This document shows positions 14,219 to 24,856 of a stretch of 64,000 nucleotides of DNA, piece after piece. A model generated the notes under the pieces. It saw nothing but the letters and a program-made list of their open reading frames with translations. It ran no database searches and was not told the DNA's origin. Origin of the DNA: Vitrella brassicaformis CCMP3155. Lineage: Eukaryota > Protista > Chromerida. Made by a program: the position numbers and the translations under genes. The DNA lies in the NCBI GenBank assembly GCA_001179505.1, contig CDMY01000508.1, forward strand, positions 1-64,000, in the 5' to 3' direction. Positions within the stretch are counted from its first letter, which is position 1; every line of letters starts with the position of its first letter.

Positions 14219-16551
14219 ATGCGTTTTCTCTTCCTGTTGCCGCTCTGCGCGGCCCTGTTTCTCCTGCCCGGCCCGTGCTCATGCGTCGGTCGTCCCGCAG
14301 AGCCCTTTCCTAACCCCCAGCGAGACCTCGAGCAGTGCGGTTTGGTGCAGCCGGCGTGGATCTGTGACCCTGACCACGTCCTGTCGTCGGTGACTGAGCG
14401 GGAGAAAGTGCAACACATCCTCAACGACATATACGAGAACGTGCAGGTGGAGTGCCCAGATGGATCAAAGAAAGGATTCCAGGTAGGGCAGGCAGCTGAC
14501 ACAATCAATGGTCATGTGTGTGACTGGTATGCGCTGATTGGTTGGTGCAGGTTGGCGTCGCATTGGTGGAGAAGATGATGATAGGCTGGGCGGACGTCGA
14601 GGACATGGCCTCAAAGTAAGGCAGCAGCATCTCTGGACGGCCGATGGGCAGGCCAGCAATTGCCTCCCTACTGTGTTTCCTGCTTGCAGGTATGCATCCA
14701 AGATCGGTCGCCAGTGGGGTGTGGGCCACGCCGGCTGTGACAACGAGGTCATGTTCTTCATGAGCTTAAGGGACCGGGTCGTGCACATCAAGACGGCGCG
14801 ACAAGCGGCCATGCGCGTCAGTGACTACGACATCGATGGTATCATCGAATCCATGAAGTGAGTGAGTGAGTGAGTGAACATTCGAACCTGTTGCAAGCCT
14901 GTCCTCCTCCGGTCACTTGACTTGATGCCTCTCTGCCCTGCCCTGCAGGCCGTCTTTGCGTGCCGGCAAGTACGACAAGGCGGTGCAAGGCGGCCTCATT
15001 CTGCTGAAGCGCGAGTTGCAGAAGCCCCCCCGCCAACCTGTGGACATTTCCTTCGTTTTCAGCGCCTGGGTGGTTCCCATATTCGTCGTGGTAATGGTGC
15101 TCGTCTGTGGCGGGTGGCGGGTGATCGCTGCCCTGCTGATCGGCATGTTCATGGGCTTGGCGAGTCTCATCGGACATGCCATCGCGACTGTGGCCGACTG
15201 CTGCAGGTGAGGGTGTGGCTCTGGGAGGAGTGAGTACATCTGTGGATGGGATGGATGGTGCAACTAACTGTTTGTGTGTCTCTTCCAGGAACATGCTGGT
15301 CAAGCGGGAGCGAGCCGAGGCCCAGGCAGCCCTCGACCGTGTGGCCAACGAGCTGGGCGTCACCCCCTCAGCCCCCCCTCTCGACCCAGACGCCCAGCCC
15401 TCACCAGTGACCGCCCCCTCTCCCTCTGACTCGCCCACCCACCAGTCGCAAGCCATCTACCACCTGGTGGAGGACAACACGTCGCACATCTGTCCCATCT
15501 GCTTGGAGGATCTCATCCCACCCCGCACGGACAAAACCGGCACGAAAAAGAAGGACCAGAAGGACAGCGGCAAGGGTGGGTCGGGCGGAGTGCGTGAGCG
15601 AGAGGTCAAGGCGCTGCCGTGTGGCCATCGGTTTCACAAGGTCAGCACGCATCCCGCCACATACACAGATCGTTCGCTGACTGACATGTCTCTGTCTGTC
15701 TGTGTGGGTGCGTCTGATAGGTGTGTGTGGATGAGTGGCTGCGGGCGGGCGGCGCCACCTGCCCCCTGTGTCGGGCCGAGGCAGGCGACGACGACACGGG
15801 ACCGCCGCTGGCACACGAACGACCTGACGAACGACGGTAGGCGTCTACCCGCACATCAAAAGATACTCACAACAAACCCATCCACTGACGCACCAATGGT
15901 TCCTGCAGGTATCGTCGTCGCGTTGAGTACTTCCTCCGTCGGCTTGCGGCTCGGTTTCCCCGCACGCTCGGCCGCTCCGACATGGGCGCCTATCGCACGA
16001 CATTCATGGGCGCCCGGCCACGGCCCACACCACACACGGGCGGGGGGGCGTGCTTCACGACCTACCAGCCGCCTGTTTTCATCCACGTGAGACAATAACA
16101 ACCGAACACACAACAGACAGACAGTCGAAGGACGGCTTGTGTTGTTGTCCACGTGTGTGTGTCCAGGTGCCCCCCGTCCCCCAGCCAGCCCCTCCCCCCG
16201 TGCGCGTGCCCCTGCCGACGTTTGAGCAGACATACAACAATGTAAGCACAGTACACACAAGAGAGAGATTCCAAACGCACAGGCAAGAGATACTCTTCAT
16301 TCACGTGTCCTCCCGCCCGTTAGATTCGCTGGGTGCTCACAACTCCTGTCGTGCCGCCCGATGCCTTCGCTGCCCCAACCACCACTCACCGCCCCGACAC
16401 GACGACCCAGACCACCCAGCCCCACCAGGCGCCGCATCAGGCCCACCGCCACCACGATTGGGGCGGCTGGAGCTTCGGCCACTCGAGCACTGGTTTCGGC
16501 GGTGGGGGCTTCTCGGGTGGGGGCGGGGGCGGGAGCAGCGGAACATGGTGA
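14219..16551 (+). CDS. Signal peptide + TPM (MOLO-1/YgcG-like) domain + TM segments + RING-H2 finger + Gly-rich C-terminus
   Basis: MRFLFLLPLCAALFLLPG signal peptide. FPNPQRDLEQCG...WICDPDHVLS and IGRQWGVGHAGCDNEVMFFMSLRDRVVHIKT (TPM). Hydrophobic segment 15050-15190. CPIC...LPCGHRFHK|VCVDEWL...CPLC (RING-H2). Ends GGGGFSGGGGGGSSGTW*. Confidence 0.8.
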
Positions 16552-17210
16552 AGAACGAAGGCATTGTATGCGGGTCGAGAGGGAGTCCAGGGGCAGATAC
16601 AATGATGGGGCGAGGGAAGGGGGGACGGAGGGTAGGTGCACTGTACAGGCAACAAATGAATGACGTGGGTCGGGTCGGAGGGAGCAAGTCTGGTATACAT
16701 GTATTTGTGCGAGTGTGGGCATTCATTCTTTTTGATGGAATCGAATCGCCTTCCCTGTATGTTGCCCGCCCTCGGTGCGGACGAGCACGGAAGAAAAGAC
16801 AAAGGGGAAGGGATTGCGAAAGGCGCGAGGCAGATTTACCGCTTTTGTGCAATAATTTGGTTCTGTGTGAAGAATCAGAGCCGTCAGTTCCGCTGGCAGT
16901 GTCGGAGGCCGCTGCTCACGGTTGAGACGGTGATGATGCTCCATACGTTGGACCAACTCAATGAATGCACAGCGACAGACGAATGGAATCGGGCACCAAC
17001 CCGTGACAGTGTGTGCACTACAGATTAGTGGCCACGTGTATGTGTGTGTACAGTAAGCACATTGCCTGCTATTTGATCAAGACTGACAGACAGACACTGC
17101 ACTGCTTCGTTCGTCTCAATGGTTTGTTAATAGCAGTCTGTCTCGATTCGATAAGTGTCTCATAATTCTCACACAAAGCATCAACACAGAGGTCTCTCCC
17201 GATTCACACG

Positions 17211-19840
17211 TCACACGTCAGTCACCACAACTGCGCGCTTCCGCCGCTTTGCCGGCGGCCCGCCTGCATCCCCCATCTCCGCTGTGTCCTTGCCCTGCTG
17301 CTCACCCCGTTTGTCGGTCCCGAAGCAGGACGTGAGTGGAGTGCCCTTGAGAAGTGGCTGGTTGGTGAAGAGGCCCACAACAGGCAGATGGCTCTCCACT
17401 TGGCCTCGCAGGATCATCTGCACACATGACATGCACGGACAACACCGACCGCACAAACAGGAAGGATGTCTGCCTGCCTCCATCCATGACACCACCCACC
17501 CTGCTTTGCTCACCTTCTGGTTCAGGTTGGTCTGCTCCGAGTGCCTCACAAAGCGGGCGGCGTTGCCAAAGTATCGCGTGTCGATGGCCGGCAGGGTCAA
17601 CTGCCAGTCGGGGTCAGCTCTCTCGACGTCTTCGGCGTAGCTGACTTGGATGAGTGGGTACCAGTCGTGTTCGTTGGCGGTGTATCGCGCGTAGCGGCAG
17701 TGGCTCTCGGCGACCGAGATGAGCTCACCAGCAACCTCCAGCACGTAGGTGTCCTTGTCAATGTCCTCCTGATGGACCCATACAGACACACAGATGTGTA
17801 CAAGTGCTCGCCTGTTTGCTTGGGTGGGCGCATGAGTGTGGTATGCTCGCTTACATCGGCGATGAGCTCCCACTTGCCGTCGTCTGTCTTGCGCACTGCG
17901 ACCTTCTTCTGCAGGCCAGGCTTGTACCCCCTGCGGACACCACAGAACCACAACCTGTCGCATCACGCATCCGCTGTCTCGCTGTCACGTACATGAGCTT
18001 GTTTGTCGGAATCTCATCGGTCCTCCGTCCGATGTCTTGCGAATCCGCACACCCGCCACATGCCCACTCACTGAGGTCATTGGCGGGCACCTGTGTGCTG
18101 GGTGGGCCAGCGAGCAGCTTGGTGAAGGCCACACACTGCGGCACATACCCATAGCCAGTGGGCACCTCGCCCGGCTCCCCACCGATGACACGCATCATGC
18201 CCCTCCTCTCTCGCCCCTGTGACGCATCTTTCTCTGCCTCCCAATCCCTCAGCGGCTCGGCGAGCAGCAAGCAGACGGCGGTGGGCGTGCGTTCGTCGAG
18301 GCCGCTCTCTGGCTGCACGATGGGCAAGTATCGCTCGATGACGCGGTTGGCGAGGGATCGTGGCACAGGGATGGTCTCCATGCGAAAGGGGTTCCCGTAA
18401 GTGAGGCACAGCTGGAACGGGAAGAAGCCGTAGCGACTCCAGTTGGGGACCTGAATCACAAATCAAGCGACGTACATCTGCTCGAATGCACAGACGTGTA
18501 CAGACGTGTCACGAGCATTTGGTCGCTCACCGTGTTGTCAGATGACGATGAGCTTCTCTCAGCCGCTCCTGCTGCTGCTGCTGCCGCGGCAGCTGGTGCA
18601 GGTGCGGGCTGGCCGCCTAAGTGGGCCACCACTCGGCCATGCCACTCCTTGGTCGGTCGAACATCCTTGCAGGCGGCGGCAAGCGCCTTGTCGAAGGCCT
18701 CCTGGAAGGTGTCCAGCCATATGATCTCCTTCCACTGCAAGGTCTTGTGTGATCCGTCCGACCGCCTCACGGCCAGCGACAGCCGTCTCGGCGAGCCTCC
18801 CCCGTTCTGATCGTGATCAGCCTTGTTCTTGGTTGCCAGCCTGCGCATGTGGCCGGGCTCATGGGCATCGGGCAAGCGCTTATCGTTGATGGGCGGCGTG
18901 TAGTCGGGGTCCTCCCCTGGCTGTGGCGTCAGATACTCCATGACAAACTTCCACACACGAGTATGCTTGACCGTGTCGCCCTCCTCCTTGTCGTCCTTCC
19001 TCGCCTTGATGATCTCCTCCCTGCCGACCTCGAAAGCCTCCTTGATGACATACAAGCCGTCATAACGATACCCCCAGCTGGACGTTGCCGAGGAAGGATA
19101 AGACACACACGTTGTGTGTGATGGATGTCCAGTGTACCTACCAGGGAGCGAATTTCCTTGGGTTGTCTTTGTAGCCCCGAATGACACGCACGGGGATTTT
19201 GTTTTTGGAGGACTGGAGCATGGCCCTGTTGCTCTTGTTGGTCATGTCTTGATCCGCCCCCTTGCCTTCGCCCGCGTACATGATGCGATCCAGCTTGTCC
19301 AGATCCTCATACATACTGTCCCCGCCCTCCCCGCCCATAGCCGCCACTGATCTGGTCACCCACTTGCCGTCCTCCCGCTGCAGGGTGCCTATGCCTTTCA
19401 TATTCTCCTGATGCAGACCCAAGAGCTTCAGAGTGGAACCTGAAACGCAGACAGACAGACGTAAGTAAGTCACAGTCTGTCAGCCAGGGTACGGTACACG
19501 GCACGTGTGCGCGTGACGGACGCTTACGGTAGGGCAGGATGGTGCCCGGTGGGACGGGGAAGTAGGGCAGCCCCACCACATGCCGCTCACTCGTCAGTCC
19601 GAGCTCCTCCTCAATCTCCCTGCACACAGCACTGTCGTTTTTCTTCTTCAAGCCCGAGCCAGCACCCTCCACGCCTTCCTCGTCGACCGCATCGGGGTTG
19701 CTGGCGTCCATCACTAAGGCGAACTTGCGATAAAGATATTTCCACTGGCCCTCCTTGTCGCCGCGCTCAACCAGATCATCCCAGATGGCTTTCTGCGCCT
19801 CATTGAATTCCGCCGTCACTTCTCTCACGCAATCATCCAT
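17211..19840 (-). CDS. SRA/YDG + SET domain protein (SUVH-like architecture)
   Basis: SRA motifs YEDLD..IMYAGEG..DQ..N.AM..S...PVRVIRG and YRYDGLY. SET motifs VLEVAGELIS, IDTRYFGNAARFVRHS and GLFTNQPLLKGTPLTSCF. C-terminal PPAKRRKR NLS-like tail. Confidence 0.85.
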
Positions 19841-20555
19841 TGGCTCCGATGCAATTCGCTTCCACCAGGAGCAGTCAGGCAGGATCCCTCACTCCTTCAA
19901 ACAAGACAGGCAGCATCATTTGGGTGGAACACTCGTCCCACCTCTGCTTCTGTTCACCTGTTTCCTTCCGTTCGATTCCTTCTTTCTCCGCGCGAGCTTA
20001 GCTCCGATCGGAGGGTAAATGGCGAAGGGAGGGCACAAGGAGGCCCTCTACACCACCAGGGGCACCCAAGGTCCCAAAAGAAGCCTCTCGGTCATCCTCG
20101 AATCCATGAGTTAAAGACGTACCAGTGGCGATGGACGAACGGAAGATGTACAATTTTTGAAGATGTACGGGACGCCCGTTGTGCCAAGGAGGAAAGCATC
20201 TGACAGATGAGCATCCTGCGAGCAAAACCTCACTTTGCCGGGTAAGTAGATAATCCATCCACGACCCCCACACCCCCCACTGAATGACACCAAGTGTGTG
20301 CGGTACGCGAAGATCTGTCGGCTGACAAGACAAAGCACTGCTCTTCACTTCACGTGCAGCAGCGGACCCACCTCATATAGCCACATGCACATGAAACAAA
20401 GTCCGTGCACAATCTCATCCACAGATCCTGCAGCATGTGGAGATTAAGATAAGTACACAACCTCGTAGGTATCAGTCGCTCTGTCATCGATCGTATGCAT
20501 GCATCCGATGCATCCGTCCATTGCATTCTCCCGCTCAGGGAAAAAAACGCCCAGG

Positions 20556-22105
20556 TCACAGCACTGTGGTTGAGTCCCAGCAGAATCTCCTTGATGCTGA
20601 CTGCTGCAGGCCATCCAGCACACCCATCTGCGCCTCACTCAAACGGAAATCATACACCTGAGGTCACATGTGCACCACCACACACGCGAATGAACGAAAC
20701 GTAGACAAAGGCGCCTCTCCGTGCACACCTGCAGGTTGCCGCGAATGCGGTCTGTGTGTGCGCTTCGCGGTATGACGGGAACTCCATGCTGCAAACTCCA
20801 CCTCAGCAGCACCTGCGCAGGAGTGCGATGGCACTCAGAGGCGACGCGCAACACAGCTGGATGGGTCAGGAGAGCCGAGTCGCCTGACCCAAGTGACGCA
20901 TACCTGCACACACAACAGACAGACACATGAACCAAAGCGTGACATACCGTGCAGTGCAGTCTGGATGCGGCCGTGTCTGTCTGCGTACCCCTGAATGACC
21001 AGTGGAGCGAAGGCAGGCGCGTCAGCGCCGCTGGTCTTGTCCCTCGGGGGCAGCCACGCGAGGAGGTCGCGGCGAAGGCAAAACGGGTGAAACTCTACCT
21101 GAACAAACCAAAAGTGATAGACACAGGTACCGACTAACTCATTTTGCCTTGTCTGATTGATGGACATGTACCTGGTTGACTGCCGGTGGGATGCCTATCC
21201 CGTCCTCATAAAGCGCATCTAGTGGGTGGAAGCGACGCAGGCAGATCATACCATGAAAATAGCAACCAACACATGTGCGGTGCGCACCGCACGCCATTTG
21301 TGTGTGTGTACCGTACCAAGGTGGGATGGGTTGAAGTTTGACACACCGATGGCACGCACCTTGTTGTCACGACACAGACACTCCAAAGCCTGACGGTAGA
21401 AGCCATGACTGGGCGATCGGGGGGTCCATCCCTTTCCTTGATAAGTGGCTAACCTTCCAGCTCTCATGGCGTGCCTTCCGATGCACTGCGTCCATGTGCT
21501 GCCTCTGAGGACACGACGGGCGCAAAAGGCAGCCGTGAGGCGTCGTAAATGGCATACGTGGACACGTGACAGCCCCCAGCACTCATCGCGTGTGTGTCAC
21601 CTTGGCCACGCCGGGCCAGTGCAGCAGGTAGAGGTCCAGCTGCTCAACGCCCAGCCGTCTCAAGCTCTGCAGGCAGGCCGCGTAGGTCTTGTCAAAGCCC
21701 TGAACACAAGACACGACCACACAAACATACATTAGGACCTCACCTCAGTGACTGGCGTGGCGTGAATCTCCCGCGTACAGTACCATCTCGTATGGCGATG
21801 CCTTGCTGGTGATACACACATGCTCACCACCATGACGCGACCGCCATCGACTCAGCGCAGCCCTGCATACAACACCAACAGAGGAGAACCAAACACGTAT
21901 CCAATTCACGACTCATGAGTGCCACTGCTTACTTGACATGTTCTTCATTCTTGTAGATGGATGCCGTGTCGATAAGGCGATAGCCGCACTCTAGGGCGGC
22001 CTCCACCGCCACCTCGCATTCATGGCCCTGCAGCCGATACGTGCCGAAACCGACTCGCGGCATTTCGATGCCTTCCCCGATGCAAACTGTCTTCCTTTCG
22101 TCCAT
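20556..22105 (-). CDS. Aldo-keto reductase family protein
   Basis: First exon MDERKTVCIGEGIEMPRVGFGTYRLQG...GYRLIDTASIYKNE. Then LDLYLLHWPG, VRAIGVSNF, VEFHPF and TPAQVLLRWSLQHGVPVIPRS. Last exon ...RFCWDSTTVL* with stop at 20556. Confidence 0.93.
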
Positions 22106-22114
22106 CCTGTGTCT

Positions 22115-22656
22115 TGTCGGATAAATAGCGTGCTCAGGTTGCTCGTAGAGTAGTTGATGACCAAGCAGATGGAGTCAGAGTCTTTTCGCTTTGGAAAGAC
22201 CCAGTGTGCCTAACGCTATGGCGTTGGGCTTCCGCTAGAATAGTAGGCTCCGTTTCACGAAGCTACCTAAGAAAGCGGGTATCTCCCTGGGCTCTGGCCA
22301 GGGGTAACTGGCCAGACGGTATTATGTTTGGTTCTGCTGCTCGTTTCACGTAGCAGCCTGGGCTAGGGCTTGAGTGCCCTTCGACACCCCCTCTCACTCA
22401 AGCCCTAGCCCAGGCTGCTACGTGAAACGAGCAGCAGAACCAAACATAATACCGTCTGGCCAGTTACCCCTGGCCAGAGCCCAGGGAGATACCCGCTTTC
22501 TTAGGTAGCTTCGTGAAACGGAGCCTACTATTCTAGCGGAAGCCCAACGCCATAGCGTTAGGCAGACTGGGTCTTTCCAAAGAGAAAAGACTCTGACTCT
22601 ATCTGCTTGGTCATCAACTACTCTACGAGCAACCTGAGCACGTTATTTATCCGACA
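22115..22656. repeat. 262-bp inverted repeat with 18-nt loop (palindromic putative 5' LTR, TG...CA)
   Basis: 22115-22376 is the reverse complement of 22395-22656 with 4 mismatches (22128, 22171, 22188, 22206). Ends are TGTCGGATAAATA and TATTTATCCGACA. Confidence 0.97.
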
Positions 22657-22676
22657 GGTTAAGAGCCGAAGCGCTT
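22657..22676 (+). promoter_or_regulatory. Putative primer-binding site, half-tRNA-iMet type
   Basis: GGTTAAGAGCCgaaGCGCTT directly follows the terminal CA. It is one mismatch from GGTTATGAGCC, the complement of the initiator tRNA anticodon arm used by copia-type elements. Confidence 0.65.
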
Positions 22677-23506
22677 GGTGACTGGCGGACACACAGCAGA
22701 AACCGAGAAAGACAACTGACTGACTGAGAGAGACAGAGGAAACAAACACAGTCTGGCCGTGTCTCACAAAGATGAGCTCAGGTTTTCTCTTTCGTCTGTC
22801 GTTGCGGCTGGGACAGTATCTGACTGACCCCGGGTTGTCTTTCTTTTGGCTGCTACTGGCTGCTGTGGGCCTCGACCTCTGCAATGGGGCACCCGGCACG
22901 CTTATGACTATCAAGGACACTGCTGTGTGGCTCATGAAGCTAGAGATACAGATAGGAGACGTCACTATCGACTGGCCGAACGTCCTGGCACTGGCGGTAA
23001 CTTACGTCACTGTCTAGCTGCTGATGTCAGAACAGAGGACACGGAGGTTCCTGACGTGGCTGAACAAAGTCGCACGAGGCTGCTACGTCACGTGGTGCTT
23101 TTTTATACTTCCTGTCTTCACAAGCTGTGTGGTTGTGATTATCGTCTATTATGTGGTCCATCTGCTGGTTGTTTATGTGGCTGTTTATGTGGCGTATCTA
23201 CTGACGACCCTGACGATCATGGTGACGCAGATGACTGCTATGACGCTATCACAATGGCATTCGTCAGCTCAGTGGCATCTTACTTAGGGTGCGCAGCAAC
23301 GTTTGCCGTCAACCTGACTATGACAGCTATCGTCTATCCGTCTATCGGTACCCTGGCTGTGTGGTACCTCAACCAGAGAGCAACAGGTCTGGGCTACACT
23401 GGACTACTCTTGCTCATCGTGTGCATGATGCTGCTACGAGTGCACGCGCTGCCAATCTCACCAGCCAACCTGACACACAAGGGATGCAGACACACACTCG
23501 ATTTAT

Positions 23507-24856
23507 TTGTCAAACTGCTCGTGCTCACAGGCATCCCTACCTTGCTGGTTGGTCGTTGGGTGGTGTGGCAATGAAGGCGAAAGCGACGACACTAGCTCAA
23601 AGATACGTCCATGGGCATTTCCTAGTGAGTTCAAGGCTTACGGGGATGATTTCCAGAAATGGAAGACGCACTTTGAGTCGTGGGCGTCGATCAATGGCTT
23701 GGCTGACGTCGTGGCTGACGAGGCGCTTCACGAGAGACCCCAGCTGACAAAAGTCGGCGACAGGCCTGAAGTAGAAAGCGACCCCGAGACTGGCCTGTGG
23801 ACTGATGCTTACAACCAAGAGCACGCGAAGTGGGAGACGCTGAGCAAGCAGCAGAAGGACGAGATCCACAAGCGTCATCTCATTCACGCTGAGCTCTTGA
23901 CTGCCTGCAATGGCAACGACACTGCCTTCAATCTGGTGAAAAACGCACAGATAGAGGCAGCAGAGGAAGACAAAGACCCACTGTTAAAGGTGGATCGATG
24001 GCTGTCTTGGCGAGCTCTGATAGCTAAGTACAACCAGGTGTCACCCTCTGAGTTGTCGAAGCTGCACACCCTTATCCGCACGTATCAGTGGAAGGGCGAT
24101 GCATCCAATCTCGAGCCAAACCTCGGGTACATGATCGGCAAGTTCGAGAAGCTGAAGTCCCTTGAGGCTCAGCGCGCCAAGATGGACGAACAGCACACAA
24201 AGCTGGTGTATGGCTTGGACGAAACCGACAAAATAGCTGCCGTCAAAGCCATCCTGCCCAAGCAGGCATACCAACAACCGTTGGCCTTCCTCAACCTGCA
24301 GCAACAAAACGAAGCAAACAATAACTTCGCTGCGTTTCAGCAATTGCTGCGCAACCACTGTGACCAGAACCTCCCAAGGTCTGCACAGAATGCGAACACG
24401 AGCAGCTCAGCTGCCGGCGCACAGAATGACATACTCATGACCAACAATGGCGAGTCTGTCGTGCCCCCCTTCGCTCACTCGGCAATGACCCGTGATGAGG
24501 TGATGGCCAAAAGCAACTCCACCAAATGCGAGATCTGTGGCATGACGAACCACACGACTGGGGAGTGCTGGCACCTGGGCATAGCTCGGGATGCTGTACG
24601 AGCCCACACAGGCCGTGGCAGAGGCGGTCACGGGACATCCCGAGGGCGGGGCGGACAGAACGGCAACGGCCGTGGCCATGGTGGTGGACCTAAGAAGGGA
24701 AACAACCACACCATCGGCAAGAAAAACCACAAGGTGAGTGCCAAAGGCACCACTGAAACAGACAGAGATGTGCATCGCACCCACCAAATGAGTGAGGATG
24801 GCGAGAAGCGAGCAAGAGCAGCACACAGCGCTGATGGGAATGTGTGGCCCCCCTAA
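23507..24856 (+). CDS. Copia-type Gag
   Basis: N-terminal FQKWKTHFESWASINGLADVV, WRALIAKY, zinc knuckle CEICGMTNHTTGECW (CX2CX4HX4C) and a GRGRGG basic tract. The ORF opens at TTG, with no in-frame ATG before about 24130. Confidence 0.88.
   Translation: MSNCSCSQASLPCWLVVGWCGNEGESDDTSSKIRPWAFPSEFKAYGDDFQKWKTHFESWASINGLADVVADEALHERPQLTKVGDRPEVESDPETGLWTDAYNQEHAKWETLSKQQKDEIHKRHLIHAELLTACNGNDTAFNLVKNAQIEAAEEDKDPLLKVDRWLSWRALIAKYNQVSPSELSKLHTLIRTYQWKGDASNLEPNLGYMIGKFEKLKSLEAQRAKMDEQHTKLVYGLDETDKIAAVKAILPKQAYQQPLAFLNLQQQNEANNNFAAFQQLLRNHCDQNLPRSAQNANTSSSAAGAQNDILMTNNGESVVPPFAHSAMTRDEVMAKSNSTKCEICGMTNHTTGECWHLGIARDAVRAHTGRGRGGHGTSRGRGGQNGNGRGHGGGPKKGNNHTIGKKNHKVSAKGTTETDRDVHRTHQMSEDGEKRARAAHSADGNVWPP

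Noticed and set aside
20129-20147. GATGGACGAACGGAAGA resembling the AKR start region in opposite orientation
   Set aside because: Only about 16 nt with a mismatch and no flanking similarity; compatible with chance.
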